Source: a virus
Taxonomy: Duplodnaviria; Heunggongvirae; Uroviricota; Caudoviricetes
Direction: 5' to 3' (one strand)
DNA length: 7,449 nt
Virus record (IMG/VR): IMGVR_UViG_2671180437_000020
Under the pieces are notes generated by a model. The model saw nothing but the letters and a program-made list of their open reading frames with translations. It searched no databases and was not told where the DNA came from. This document shows positions 6,850-7,449 of the stretch, piece by piece. Position 1 is the first letter of the stretch; each line of letters begins with the position of its first letter. Both the position numbers and the translations under genes were made by a program.

Positions 6850-7449
6850 TCAGAATTTATAACCGACACCCACGATGAAACCGTCAGTGCGCCAGTCACC
6901 ACTGCCGGAGCCTTCATAAGCAATATCAATGGACACGGATTCGGTCGGGTTAAACTGCACGCCAGCCCCCCACGCCAGAGACGTGTTGCTGTGGCGACCG
7001 TCATCACTTCCGGTCAGCACATCGTGCTTTTTCCCCTTGTTGTCAGTTACGCGAAGATAATCCCCGGAGAAAGTCGACACACGGCTGTAAGCTACACCCG
7101 CCATCGCATACGCGCTGAACCATTCATTCACGCGCACAGACGGCCCCGCCATTACGCTGAACCAGCGGTTACGAACGGAATCTTCATGCCAGCGGGTATC
7201 GCTGTAACGGGTCAGCTGGCGATTCTTGTCTCCTGCATAGCTGAATGACGTCACCAGCCCCAGTGTGTCCGTAAACTCATAACGGTATTTCATGTTAATC
7301 CCGTTCAGATCATCACTGCCGGGGACGTTCGTCGAGGCATGAAGATACCCCGCGCTCAGCGTGGACTGATGTTCAGACGCCCATGCAGGCGCACCGGATA
7401 CGGCCAGACAAATGGCTGCGGACAAAATTGCTGCACAAACTTTACGCAT
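6850..7449 (-). CDS. lom: Lom outer membrane beta-barrel protein (Ail/Lom/OmpX/PagC family), 199 aa, apparently intact
   Basis: Signal-peptide-like N-terminus MRKVCAAILSAAICLAVSGAPAWA. The C-terminus ...DIAYEGSGSGDWRTDGFIVGVGYKF matches lambda Lom as I recall it. The start codon is the last 3 nt of the window, so the RBS is outside it. Stop is TGA at 6852..6850. Confidence 0.9.
   Translation of the reverse strand: MRKVCAAILSAAICLAVSGAPAWASEHQSTLSAGYLHASTNVPGSDDLNGINMKYRYEFTDTLGLVTSFSYAGDKNRQLTRYSDTRWHEDSVRNRWFSVMAGPSVRVNEWFSAYAMAGVAYSRVSTFSGDYLRVTDNKGKKHDVLTGSDDGRHSNTSLAWGAGVQFNPTESVSIDIAYEGSGSGDWRTDGFIVGVGYKF

Noticed and set aside
6991-7248. 85-aa plus-strand ORF
   Set aside because: It is antisense within lom.

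Overview
This window reads as the late/tail-fiber end of a lambdoid (lambda-like) prophage on the minus strand, in lambda gene order lom -> stf -> tfa, with two disruptions. (1) A 768-bp IS1 sits inside the side-tail-fiber gene; it has no 9-bp target-site duplication and is instead bracketed by two ~98%-identical direct copies of a 750-bp stf 3' segment, so the long stf ORF is C-terminally truncated and a separate stf 3' fragment remains coupled to tfa. (2) Just beyond tfa, a visibly AT-rich gene for a 222-aa class I SAM-dependent methyltransferase lies on the opposite strand with its own candidate promoter, bracketed by two diverged direct copies of the tfa 3' end plus hairpin. This methyltransferase cassette is the best candidate for an undescribed accessory function. 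I have no evidence that it is a defence system, and its substrate cannot be read from sequence. All protein identifications are from recall of family sequences and motifs, not database searches.
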